The notes under the pieces were generated by a model that saw only the letters and a program-made list of their open reading frames with translations, searched no databases and was not told the origin of the DNA. Position numbers and translations under genes: made by a program. A stretch of 27,654 nt of DNA from a virus (lineage: Duplodnaviria > Caudoviricetes). The DNA is taken from IMG/VR virus record IMGVR_UViG_3300049189_000088, positions 1-27,654 of that record. One strand, written 5' to 3'. Positions within the stretch are counted from its first letter, which is position 1. Each line of letters opens with the position of its first letter. Positions 1 through 6,315 of this stretch are shown here, one piece after another.

Positions 1-1
1 G

Positions 2-157
2 TTCGTGATGGCTGACCCGGATCGCGACCTGATGCTCAAGAGCGACGTGCGCCCCGGTGCTGGCTCCAAGACGGAAAAGGGTGGTGCCGCTCCGGCGCGC
101 ACCACGGAGCTGTCGGGACGTGATCGCATCAAGGCGGCGCTGGCAGCGAAGAAGTGA
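2..157 (+). CDS. C-terminal end of probable capsid scaffolding protein (5' partial)
   Basis: Open frame FVMADPDRDLMLKSDVRPGAGSKTEKGG...RDRIKAALAAKK ending at TGA 155-157; not in ORF track. Lies directly upstream of the capsid gene; the G-rich linker plus basic C-terminal helix is typical of scaffolds. Confidence 0.6.
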   Translation, partial: FVMADPDRDLMLKSDVRPGAGSKTEKGGAAPARTTELSGRDRIKAALAAKK

Positions 158-164
158 TTTTCGC

Positions 165-194
165 TTGACAAAGGTAAGTCACGGGTGACATAGT
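165..194 (+). promoter_or_regulatory. sigma70-like promoter for capsid gene
   Basis: TTGACA at 165-170, 18-bp spacer, TGn-CATAGT (-10 at 189-194); palindrome box 1 fills the spacer. Confidence 0.65.
175..192. repeat. 18-bp palindromic box 1 TAAGTCACGGGTGACATA
   Basis: Matches consensus TAAGTCAC-NN-GTGACTTA, seen 10 times in the window. Confidence 0.9.
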
Positions 195-242
195 TTATCC
201 CGCGACTTGCCTGAGTCACCTGCCCAACGAAGGATTTTTGAA

Positions 243-1145
243 ATGCCTCTCCTGAAAGCCGAAGCCGAACTGCTGAGCAACAACCAGCTCGAAGCCGGCG
301 TCATCGAAGAAATCATCGACAAGGACGAGATGTACGCCCTTCTGCCGTTCATGAAGGTGGTCGGCAAGGCGTACGTGTACGACCGCGAGAACACGCTCGC
401 GACGGCCGACTTCCTCGATCCGAACGACACCGTGAACGAGGGCTCCTCGAACTTCACCGAAGTGGTTGCCAAGCTGCGCATCCTCATCGGCGACGTGGAC
501 GTCGACAAGTTCCTGCAGGAGACGATGGACGACACGAACGATCAGAAGGCGATCCAGCTGGCGATGAAGGCCAAGGGCCTGTCGCGCAAGTTCAAGTCGA
601 CCCTGATCAACGGCAACAACAGCACCGCTCCGAAGGAGTTCGACGGCCTGGCTCGCCTGGTCACGTCGGGTCAGACGATCGACGCTGGCACCAACGGTGC
701 TGCCCTGACCCTGTCCATGCTCGACCAGCTGGCCGACACCGTCACCAACGGCGCCGACTGCTTCATCATGCGCGCCGGCACCATCCGCGCCTACCGTGCG
801 CTGCTGCGCGCCACCGGCGGCACCGACGCTGCCATGATCGAGATCGAGAACTTCGGCGTGCCGGTTCTCGCCCACAACGGCATCCCGATCGTGCGCAACG
901 ACTTCCTGCCGACCAACGAGACGCTGGGCACCGGCACCAACCTGTGCTCGATCTACGCGGCGCGCTTCAACGAAGCCGATGGCGTGCACGGCATCTACGG
1001 CGGCGCCTCTGCCGGCATCCGCGTCGAGGACATCGGCACGGTGCAGAACAAGGACGCCACCCGTACGCGTCTGAAGTGGTACTGCGGCCTCGCGCTGAAG
1101 TCCACCAAGTCGCTGGCACGCCTGCGCGGCATCACCAACGTCTAA
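243..1145 (+). CDS. Major capsid protein (HK97 fold, SSU5/pHCM2-like)
   Basis: ATG 243 after AAGGA RBS (MPLLKAEAELLSNNQLEAGVIEEII...). Contains VDVDKF, NG...KEFDGL, GIPIVRNDFLP and TRLKWYCGL motifs typical of this capsid family; followed by a terminator. Confidence 0.9.
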   Translation: MPLLKAEAELLSNNQLEAGVIEEIIDKDEMYALLPFMKVVGKAYVYDRENTLATADFLDPNDTVNEGSSNFTEVVAKLRILIGDVDVDKFLQETMDDTNDQKAIQLAMKAKGLSRKFKSTLINGNNSTAPKEFDGLARLVTSGQTIDAGTNGAALTLSMLDQLADTVTNGADCFIMRAGTIRAYRALLRATGGTDAAMIEIENFGVPVLAHNGIPIVRNDFLPTNETLGTGTNLCSIYAARFNEADGVHGIYGGASAGIRVEDIGTVQNKDATRTRLKWYCGLALKSTKSLARLRGITNV

Positions 1146-1149
1146 GGCG

Positions 1150-1179
1150 TTGGCAAGTAAGTCACGGGTAACGTAAGAT
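1150..1179 (+). promoter_or_regulatory. possible sigma70-like promoter
   Basis: TTGGCA 1150-1155, 18 bp, TAAGAT 1174-1179; box 2 sits in the spacer, nearly the same geometry as the promoter at 22635. Confidence 0.4.
1158..1175. repeat. 18-bp palindromic box 2 TAAGTCACGGGTAACGTA
   Basis: Matches consensus; lies between the capsid stop and the terminator. Confidence 0.88.
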
Positions 1180-1211
1180 GGGGCTGCTGCGAGGCAGCCC
1201 CATTTTCATTT
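1178..1211 (+). terminator. Intrinsic terminator after capsid gene
   Basis: Stem ATGGGGCTGC / GCAGCCCCAT with loop TGCGAG, followed by TTTCATTT. Confidence 0.8.
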
Positions 1212-1228
1212 GTAGGAGAACCCCAACC

Positions 1229-1900
1229 ATGCCCAAGATCCGAATCATCGACCCCGCCTGGCGCAATTTCAGCGGCGCCTTCGGCCCGGTCGAGTTCGTC
1301 GACAACGTGTCGGTCGAGGAGGTCGACCGCGCCACTGCCCGCAAGCTCGCCGACCTGGTGCAGATCGAGTGGGAAGACGGCACCAACCCGTCGAATTCGC
1401 AGCTCACCATCGACGCCAAGGCGATCCCGATGCAGGTGGTCAACGACGGCCTGCAGACCGGCCAGCCCGACGGGCGCACCGTCAACAAGACGTTCTACAC
1501 GCGCGAGCAGCTGACCGCCATCGCCGACAAGGACGGCATCGAGGGCGTGCGCAAGATCGCCACCCCGCTGGGCATCAACGGTCGCGCCATCAAGGGCCTG
1601 ATCGAAGCCATTCTCAAGCTCCAGGGCGATGACCCGGACGCCCCGCAGGAGATGCTGGTCGGCTCGAACCTGCAGCCCTCGGAGTTCGAAGTCGACGGCA
1701 AGAAGATCCCGCTGGGCGACGTCGTGCGTCTCGCGTTCAAGACGTGGGCCGAGCAGCCCGGCAACGCCACGCACAACGGCGTGGCCGACTGGAACGCGCT
1801 GCCCAACGAGATCCGCGAAGACGCCATCTTCCAGGCCGCACGCATCCTGACGCACGGCGCGGTGCTGCACAAGGAACCGGGCACGCCGGCGGCGGAGTAA
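1229..1900 (+). CDS. Head-associated protein of unknown function (internal HeH/LEM-like helical motif)
   Basis: ATG 1229 after AGGAG; 223 aa; segment YTREQLTAIADKDGIEGVRKIATPLGINGRAIKGLIEAIL resembles small helix-extension-helix motifs common after capsid genes. Confidence 0.6.
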   Translation: MPKIRIIDPAWRNFSGAFGPVEFVDNVSVEEVDRATARKLADLVQIEWEDGTNPSNSQLTIDAKAIPMQVVNDGLQTGQPDGRTVNKTFYTREQLTAIADKDGIEGVRKIATPLGINGRAIKGLIEAILKLQGDDPDAPQEMLVGSNLQPSEFEVDGKKIPLGDVVRLAFKTWAEQPGNATHNGVADWNALPNEIREDAIFQAARILTHGAVLHKEPGTPAAE

Positions 1901-1904
1901 CGCC

Positions 1905-2714
1905 ATGCAGGTGTTCCTCGCCGACCAGGACATCCGGGTCACCTTCGACCTGACCGAGCTCGAGCTGGAGCCAACCAGCGTCGAGTACCGGGTGGTCGAC
2001 GGTGACGACGTGGAGCTGATCGCCCAGACGATCGCCGGCGACTTCGTTGTCGGCTCGGGCGAGTACGTGCTGACCGTGCCGGCGGCGAACAACCAAGTCG
2101 CACCGGTGGCGCCCTACGACGGGCGCACCTTCGTGCCGGCCACCGCGGCGCGCACCGTCTACCTGTGGGTGACGGGCACCGGCGCCGCCTCGGGCACGGT
2201 CTTGCTGCAGCAGCACTACCTGCTGACGCTGGAAGACCGCCTGCTGGTGCCCCAGTCGTCGTTCCAGACGCTGGCCGGTGCCGAGCAGGTGGCGCTCGAC
2301 CTGGTGCAGATTGACGCCTGGGAAGCCGCCAGCGAGCGCGACAAGATCGGCGCGCTGATGCAGGCGCGCGACCACATCGCCAGCATGTCGTTTCGCTTCA
2401 AGCCCGAGGACTGGCAGTCGCGGGTCATGCCGGTGACGAGCCTGCATGACTTCGCGTTCATGACCGCCGACGAATGGGCGACGATGGACGCCAACTTCAA
2501 GCGCGACCTGAAGCGCGCCCAGGTGATCGAAGCTGCGCACATCCTGGAAGCGGACGAGCACGAGAGTGCGCGCGAGCAGGGCATCGTCAGCAAGACCGTG
2601 GGCGAGTCGAGCACCACCTACCGTCAGACGCGCCGCGCCCAGATGCCGCTGTGCGAGCGTGCGATGCGCGTGCTCGCCAAGTACATCTCCACTCCACGGA
2701 TCGGGCGCGCATGA
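1905..2714 (+). CDS. Head-tail adaptor-like protein
   Basis: 269 aa; C-terminal half (SFQTLAGAE...KIGALMQA...LKRAQVIEA...GIVSKTVGESSTTY) has the pattern of head-tail connector/adaptor proteins; synteny. Confidence 0.65.
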   Translation: MQVFLADQDIRVTFDLTELELEPTSVEYRVVDGDDVELIAQTIAGDFVVGSGEYVLTVPAANNQVAPVAPYDGRTFVPATAARTVYLWVTGTGAASGTVLLQQHYLLTLEDRLLVPQSSFQTLAGAEQVALDLVQIDAWEAASERDKIGALMQARDHIASMSFRFKPEDWQSRVMPVTSLHDFAFMTADEWATMDANFKRDLKRAQVIEAAHILEADEHESAREQGIVSKTVGESSTTYRQTRRAQMPLCERAMRVLAKYISTPRIGRA

Positions 2715-3490
2715 GCGCTGCGCTGGACCTGATCGACATGGGCGCTCGCCGCTACGAGCGCGCCCACGAGCAGACGCAGTCCGAGCTGAAGCTCGCGCTG
2801 GCCGAGCACATGGACATGCCCAGCGCCCACACTCACGCCGCGCTCGGGCACCTGGCGCTCGCCCTGCGCGAAATCCGCGTGCGCGCCTCCCACGAGATCG
2901 CGCCGGCTGCTGGCGGCGAGCTGCGTCAGCTGGTCAACGAGGTGCTGCTGCAGGCCGAGGAAGACACCGGGCTGGAGCTGAGCGACGACACGCGCAAGAC
3001 GCTGTTCGGTCTGGTCGACCGCTCCGTCGAGACCGCCATGAACCAGCTGCGCGACGCGCTGCGCCTGGACGAGGACACCGCGCTGCAGACCATGCGCCGG
3101 GCGCAGCTGCGCGGCGCGATGAAAGCGGCCACCGGGGTGGATCCCCACATCGCCTTTCGCATGAGCAAGAGCGGCTCCATCGCCGGGCTCGCGTTCACCC
3201 GGCGTGACCGGGCGGGCCGCGCCTGGCAGACCACCGTCTACAGCCGCACGGTGGTGCGTGCGCTGCTGGTCAACACCTACGTCGAGTCCTTCGCGATGAC
3301 GCTGCTCGCCAACGGCATCGACCGCGCGAAGGTCAACGCAGCAGACGAGGGCAGGGCGCCGCACTGGCTGCAGTTCAGCCTGGTCAACGACGACAACGCC
3401 TATGTGGGCGAGGACTTCCTGGTGACGCTGGACGAGGCGCAGCAGGCGTACTTCCACCCGAACGCCACACGGCTGCCGGAGCGCGTATGA
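2711..3490 (+). CDS. Minor capsid / head morphogenesis-like protein
   Basis: ATGA overlap at 2711 (MSAALDLIDMG...); motif FTRRDRAGRAWQTTVYSRTVVR and C-terminal FHPN resemble phage minor capsid families. Confidence 0.55.
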   Translation: MSAALDLIDMGARRYERAHEQTQSELKLALAEHMDMPSAHTHAALGHLALALREIRVRASHEIAPAAGGELRQLVNEVLLQAEEDTGLELSDDTRKTLFGLVDRSVETAMNQLRDALRLDEDTALQTMRRAQLRGAMKAATGVDPHIAFRMSKSGSIAGLAFTRRDRAGRAWQTTVYSRTVVRALLVNTYVESFAMTLLANGIDRAKVNAADEGRAPHWLQFSLVNDDNAYVGEDFLVTLDEAQQAYFHPNATRLPERV

Positions 3491-3816
3491 ACGTGATCCT
3501 GCGCCGAGTGCGCTCCTACGACGTCTACGGACAGCCCGTCCTGAGCGCGGCCAAGACCGAGCCGCTGGTGGGCATCGTCAAGCTGCGCCGCGAAGCGCAG
3601 CACACCACGGTGCGCGCCGACAGCTCGCAGTCGCGCGGGCACGCCGACGAGTTCGTCGCGACCACCAAGTTCCTGCTCGTGCCGCGCACCGCGGCGGAGA
3701 TCGGCGACCAGCTCGAGTTCGGCGGCGTGAGGGTCAAGATCACCACGAAGTGGGCGCAGTACGACACCGCCGGGCGCATCGACCACTACGAAGTGACGGG
3801 GGAACTGTGGGCATAA
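3487..3816 (+). CDS. Head closure/stopper-like protein
   Basis: 109 aa, beta-rich, YDVYGQP near the N-terminus, IGDQLEFGG; ATGA overlap; neck synteny. Confidence 0.6.
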   Translation: MNVILRRVRSYDVYGQPVLSAAKTEPLVGIVKLRREAQHTTVRADSSQSRGHADEFVATTKFLLVPRTAAEIGDQLEFGGVRVKITTKWAQYDTAGRIDHYEVTGELWA

Positions 3817-4271
3817 CCAAGGTCCAGTTCGACGTCGCCGCGATCGAGGCGAAGATCCGCCAGGTGGGCGAGCGCTCCGTCAAGGGCGGACTCAACGTCA
3901 TGCGCGAGGAGGGCGACCGCATCGTCGACCTGGCGCGCGAGTACGCCCCGTACGACGAGGGCAAGCTGGAAGCCGCCATCGAGCGCAACGACGCCGAAGA
4001 GCGCGACGACAACCGCCGCGCCGTGGTGCAGGTCTGGGTCAACCCGGAACGCCCGGGCTCCGGTGGATTGCGGGTGGGCGAGTACGCTTACCTGATGCAC
4101 GAGGGGCTGGGCCCCTACGGCGACGGCACCTACGGACCCGGCCCGGGCACCCGCGACAAGCAGGACATGGGCATGGACGCGGGCGGCAAATACTTCGAGC
4201 GGGCGATCCGCCGGCGCGCGGGCGAGCTGGGCAAGAAGCTGGCAGCGATGTACCGGAGGATGTTCAAGTGA
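3807..4271 (+). CDS. HK97 gp10-family neck/tail completion protein
   Basis: Likely GTG start at 3807; motifs AREYAPYDEGKLEAAI, YAYLMHEG and GGKYFERAI are characteristic of HK97-gp10-like proteins. Confidence 0.75.
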   Translation: MGITKVQFDVAAIEAKIRQVGERSVKGGLNVMREEGDRIVDLAREYAPYDEGKLEAAIERNDAEERDDNRRAVVQVWVNPERPGSGGLRVGEYAYLMHEGLGPYGDGTYGPGPGTRDKQDMGMDAGGKYFERAIRRRAGELGKKLAAMYRRMFK

Positions 4272-4663
4272 ACCTGAACCCCATCGCCAAGCGCATCGAG
4301 GACGCATCGGTGGCGATCCGCGGGCGCGACCTGTTCATCAACATGATGCCGGCGGACAAGACCGGCATCTTGCTGCGCGACTACTTCGGCGGCACTGCGA
4401 TCGACCACTACCTGCCGGGCTATTTCAAGACCAGCTTCATGGTGATCGTGCGTCACCCCAGCTACCAGAGCGCCGAGCAGCTGATCAAGCGCGCGGTCGC
4501 CGCGCTCATCGTCGAGCAGAAGACCACCGTCGAGGGGGTCGTCTTCCACTACATCCGCCCGCGGGGGCTGCCGTTTACCTACGCTCCGTCGCCGGGACAG
4601 AACCACGAGTTCGCGGTGAACATGGACTGCTGCTTCATTGACGCGGCACCATGGGCCGTGTAG
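4268..4663 (+). CDS. Tail terminator / minor capsid-family protein
   Basis: 131 aa immediately before the tail tube; GRDLFINMMP...FMVIVRHPSY...EFAVN pattern; GTGA overlap. Confidence 0.65.
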   Translation: MNLNPIAKRIEDASVAIRGRDLFINMMPADKTGILLRDYFGGTAIDHYLPGYFKTSFMVIVRHPSYQSAEQLIKRAVAALIVEQKTTVEGVVFHYIRPRGLPFTYAPSPGQNHEFAVNMDCCFIDAAPWAV

Positions 4664-4666
4664 CAT
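4638..4666 (+). promoter_or_regulatory. sigma70-like promoter for tail tube gene
   Basis: TTGACG 4638-4643, 17 bp, TAGCAT 4661-4666; box 3 covers the -10 end and the predicted +1. Confidence 0.6.
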
Positions 4667-4683
4667 AAATCACCCGTGACTTA
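4666..4683. repeat. 18-bp palindromic box 3 TAAATCACCCGTGACTTA
   Basis: One mismatch to consensus; intergenic. Confidence 0.9.
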
Positions 4684-4718
4684 TCCAACCTGAGAACCCT
4701 CCTCAAGGAGCAAACTGA

Positions 4719-5558
4719 ATGGCTTCGAATACCCAGAACGTCAAGCTGGGCGTGTGCAAGATTTTCTACGACGGCATCGACCTGGGCTACACCAAGGGCG
4801 GCGTCGAGGTGGAAGTGTCGACCGAGACCCACAAGGTCGAGGTGGACCAGTTCGGCAAGACGCCCATCAACGAGCTGATCATGGGTCGCCAGGTGAAGGC
4901 CACGGTGCCGCTCGCCGAGACGACCGTCGAGAACCTGGCCCGCATCATGCCGGGTGCCACCGTGGTCGCCACCGGCGGCGCGAAGGCGACCGGCACGATC
5001 ACGTTGGGCGCCAACCCGACCAACGGTCAGACGCTGATCGTCAACGGCTACACGGTCAAGTTCGTCACCGCCGCGGCTGCTGCCGACGAGGTGACGATCG
5101 GCGCCAACGCTGCCGCGACCGCCGCCGCGCTGAACACCTTCCTGAACGCGCACACCGATCCGAAGATCGCCGTCGCCCAGTACAGCGTCGCCGCCGCGGT
5201 GGTGACCGCCACGTACAACGACTACGGCACCGAAGGCAACAGCTTCACGCTGGCTGCGGGCACCTCCGGCGCGACCCTCTCGGGCGCGACGCTGGCTGGC
5301 GGCACCGAGCCGACCGCCAAGCGCGTGGACGTGACCGACGCGATCTCGGTGAACCTGCTGGCGATCGCCAAGGAACTGCGTTTCCACCCGCAGGAGCGGG
5401 CCGAGAGCGACAAGTCCGACGACTTCGTCATCCACAAGGCGGCGACCCCCGGCGCGCTGAAGTTCGCCTACAAGCTCGAGGACGAGCGCATCTTCAACTG
5501 CGAGTTCATGGGCTACCCGGACCCGACGACCCGCAAGTTGTTCAGCCTGGGCGCGTAA
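4719..5558 (+). CDS. Major tail (tube) protein with an internal inserted domain
   Basis: AAGGAG RBS; NVKLGVCKIFYDGIDLGYTKGGVEVEV...VDQFG tube motif; precedes chaperones and tape measure. Confidence 0.85.
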   Translation: MASNTQNVKLGVCKIFYDGIDLGYTKGGVEVEVSTETHKVEVDQFGKTPINELIMGRQVKATVPLAETTVENLARIMPGATVVATGGAKATGTITLGANPTNGQTLIVNGYTVKFVTAAAAADEVTIGANAAATAAALNTFLNAHTDPKIAVAQYSVAAAVVTATYNDYGTEGNSFTLAAGTSGATLSGATLAGGTEPTAKRVDVTDAISVNLLAIAKELRFHPQERAESDKSDDFVIHKAATPGALKFAYKLEDERIFNCEFMGYPDPTTRKLFSLGA

Positions 5559-5573
5559 GTACCCAGTGACTTA
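5556..5573. repeat. 18-bp palindromic box 4 TAAGTACCCAGTGACTTA
   Basis: Its first TAA is the tail tube stop codon; perfect right half-site. Confidence 0.85.
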
Positions 5574-5605
5574 GCGGAGCCGGCGGGTGCTGGCTCCGCC
5601 TTTCA
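5574..5605 (+). terminator. GC-rich hairpin, weak terminator or stability element after tail tube
   Basis: GCGGAGCCGGC-GGGT-GCTGGCTCCGC (one G-U pair) followed only by CTTTCA. Confidence 0.5.
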
Positions 5606-5626
5606 ACATCAAAGGAGTGTGACCAC

Positions 5627-5947
5627 ATGAAGACCCTCAACCTGGACGCCCTGGCGAAGGTCGAGCTGACCGTGACCCTCAACGGCAAGGACCACCAGGT
5701 CAAGGAGATGGGCGTCGACGATTTCATCCAGGCATCGGCGGAAGCCGAAGCCATGAAGTCCCTGGACGGCGATTCGCTGAAGGAAAACATCAGCGCCACG
5801 ATCAAGCACCTGCACCGGGTGCTGCCGACGATCCCCGAAACCGAGATCCGCGCGCTGAGCGTCTCGCAGCTGGCCGCGCTGGTCGCGTTCGTCAACGGCA
5901 CGCTCGAAGACGAAAAGCACAAGGGCGAGGACAGCGCAAAAAACTGA
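5627..5947 (+). CDS. Tail assembly chaperone (lambda gpG equivalent)
   Basis: AAAGGAG RBS; 106 aa between tube and tape measure; ends in the slippery GCA AAA AAC TGA. Confidence 0.85.
   Translation: MKTLNLDALAKVELTVTLNGKDHQVKEMGVDDFIQASAEAEAMKSLDGDSLKENISATIKHLHRVLPTIPETEIRALSVSQLAALVAFVNGTLEDEKHKGEDSAKN
5938..5944 (+). other. -1 programmed ribosomal frameshift site A AAA AAC
   Basis: X XXY YYZ heptamer in the correct phase just before the stop; the -1 frame is open for 107 codons. Confidence 0.85.
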
Positions 5948-6267
5948 GCGGTGGCGTTGAAAGCATCGACTTCGGATACCTGTTCTTCCGGGTCGTTCAG
6001 TTCTACGCCATCACCCCCAACGAGCTGCTGCAAACCCCGATCCGCCTCTTCTGGCAAGCAGCAGCGCAGATCTCCCGAATCGAAGCAGAACAGGACCGTC
6101 GACGCTTGCGCATCGCGGTTTCGGCACAGAGCGCCGAGGCAGCCGGAAACCTGCACGAGGAGCTCACCAAAGAGGTCGGCGAGGTGGCAACAGTGGCACC
6201 GGCTGACCCACTGAAGGCGAAGTTTGATCGAGAAGGATTCGAGAAGCTGAGAGACCTGGCAGGTTGA
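5944..6267 (+). CDS. Frameshift extension of tail assembly chaperone (gpGT equivalent, ~213-aa fusion from 5627)
   Basis: -1 frame reads LSGGVESIDFGYLFFRVVQFYAITPNELLQTPIRLFWQ...FEKLRDLAG, stop at 6265-6267; no ATG start of its own; missing from ORF track. Confidence 0.85.
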   Translation: MSGGVESIDFGYLFFRVVQFYAITPNELLQTPIRLFWQAAAQISRIEAEQDRRRLRIAVSAQSAEAAGNLHEELTKEVGEVATVAPADPLKAKFDREGFEKLRDLAG

Positions 6268-6278
6268 CCAGGTCGATA

Positions 6279-6304
6279 GGGGCCACAAGGCCCCATTTCT
6301 TTTT
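6279..6304 (+). terminator. Intrinsic terminator upstream of tape measure
   Basis: GGGGCC-ACAA-GGCCCC followed by ATTTCTTTTT. Confidence 0.65.
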
Positions 6305-6315
6305 GGACGACGTGA

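Noticed and set aside
204-220. GACTTGCCTGAGTCACC near box 1
   Set aside because: Only half-site-like fragments; not a full dyad, so not counted.
5951-6214. 87-aa ORF MALKASTS... between chaperone and tape measure
   Set aside because: Wrong frame; the -1 frameshift frame 5944-6267 gives the chaperone-like sequence.
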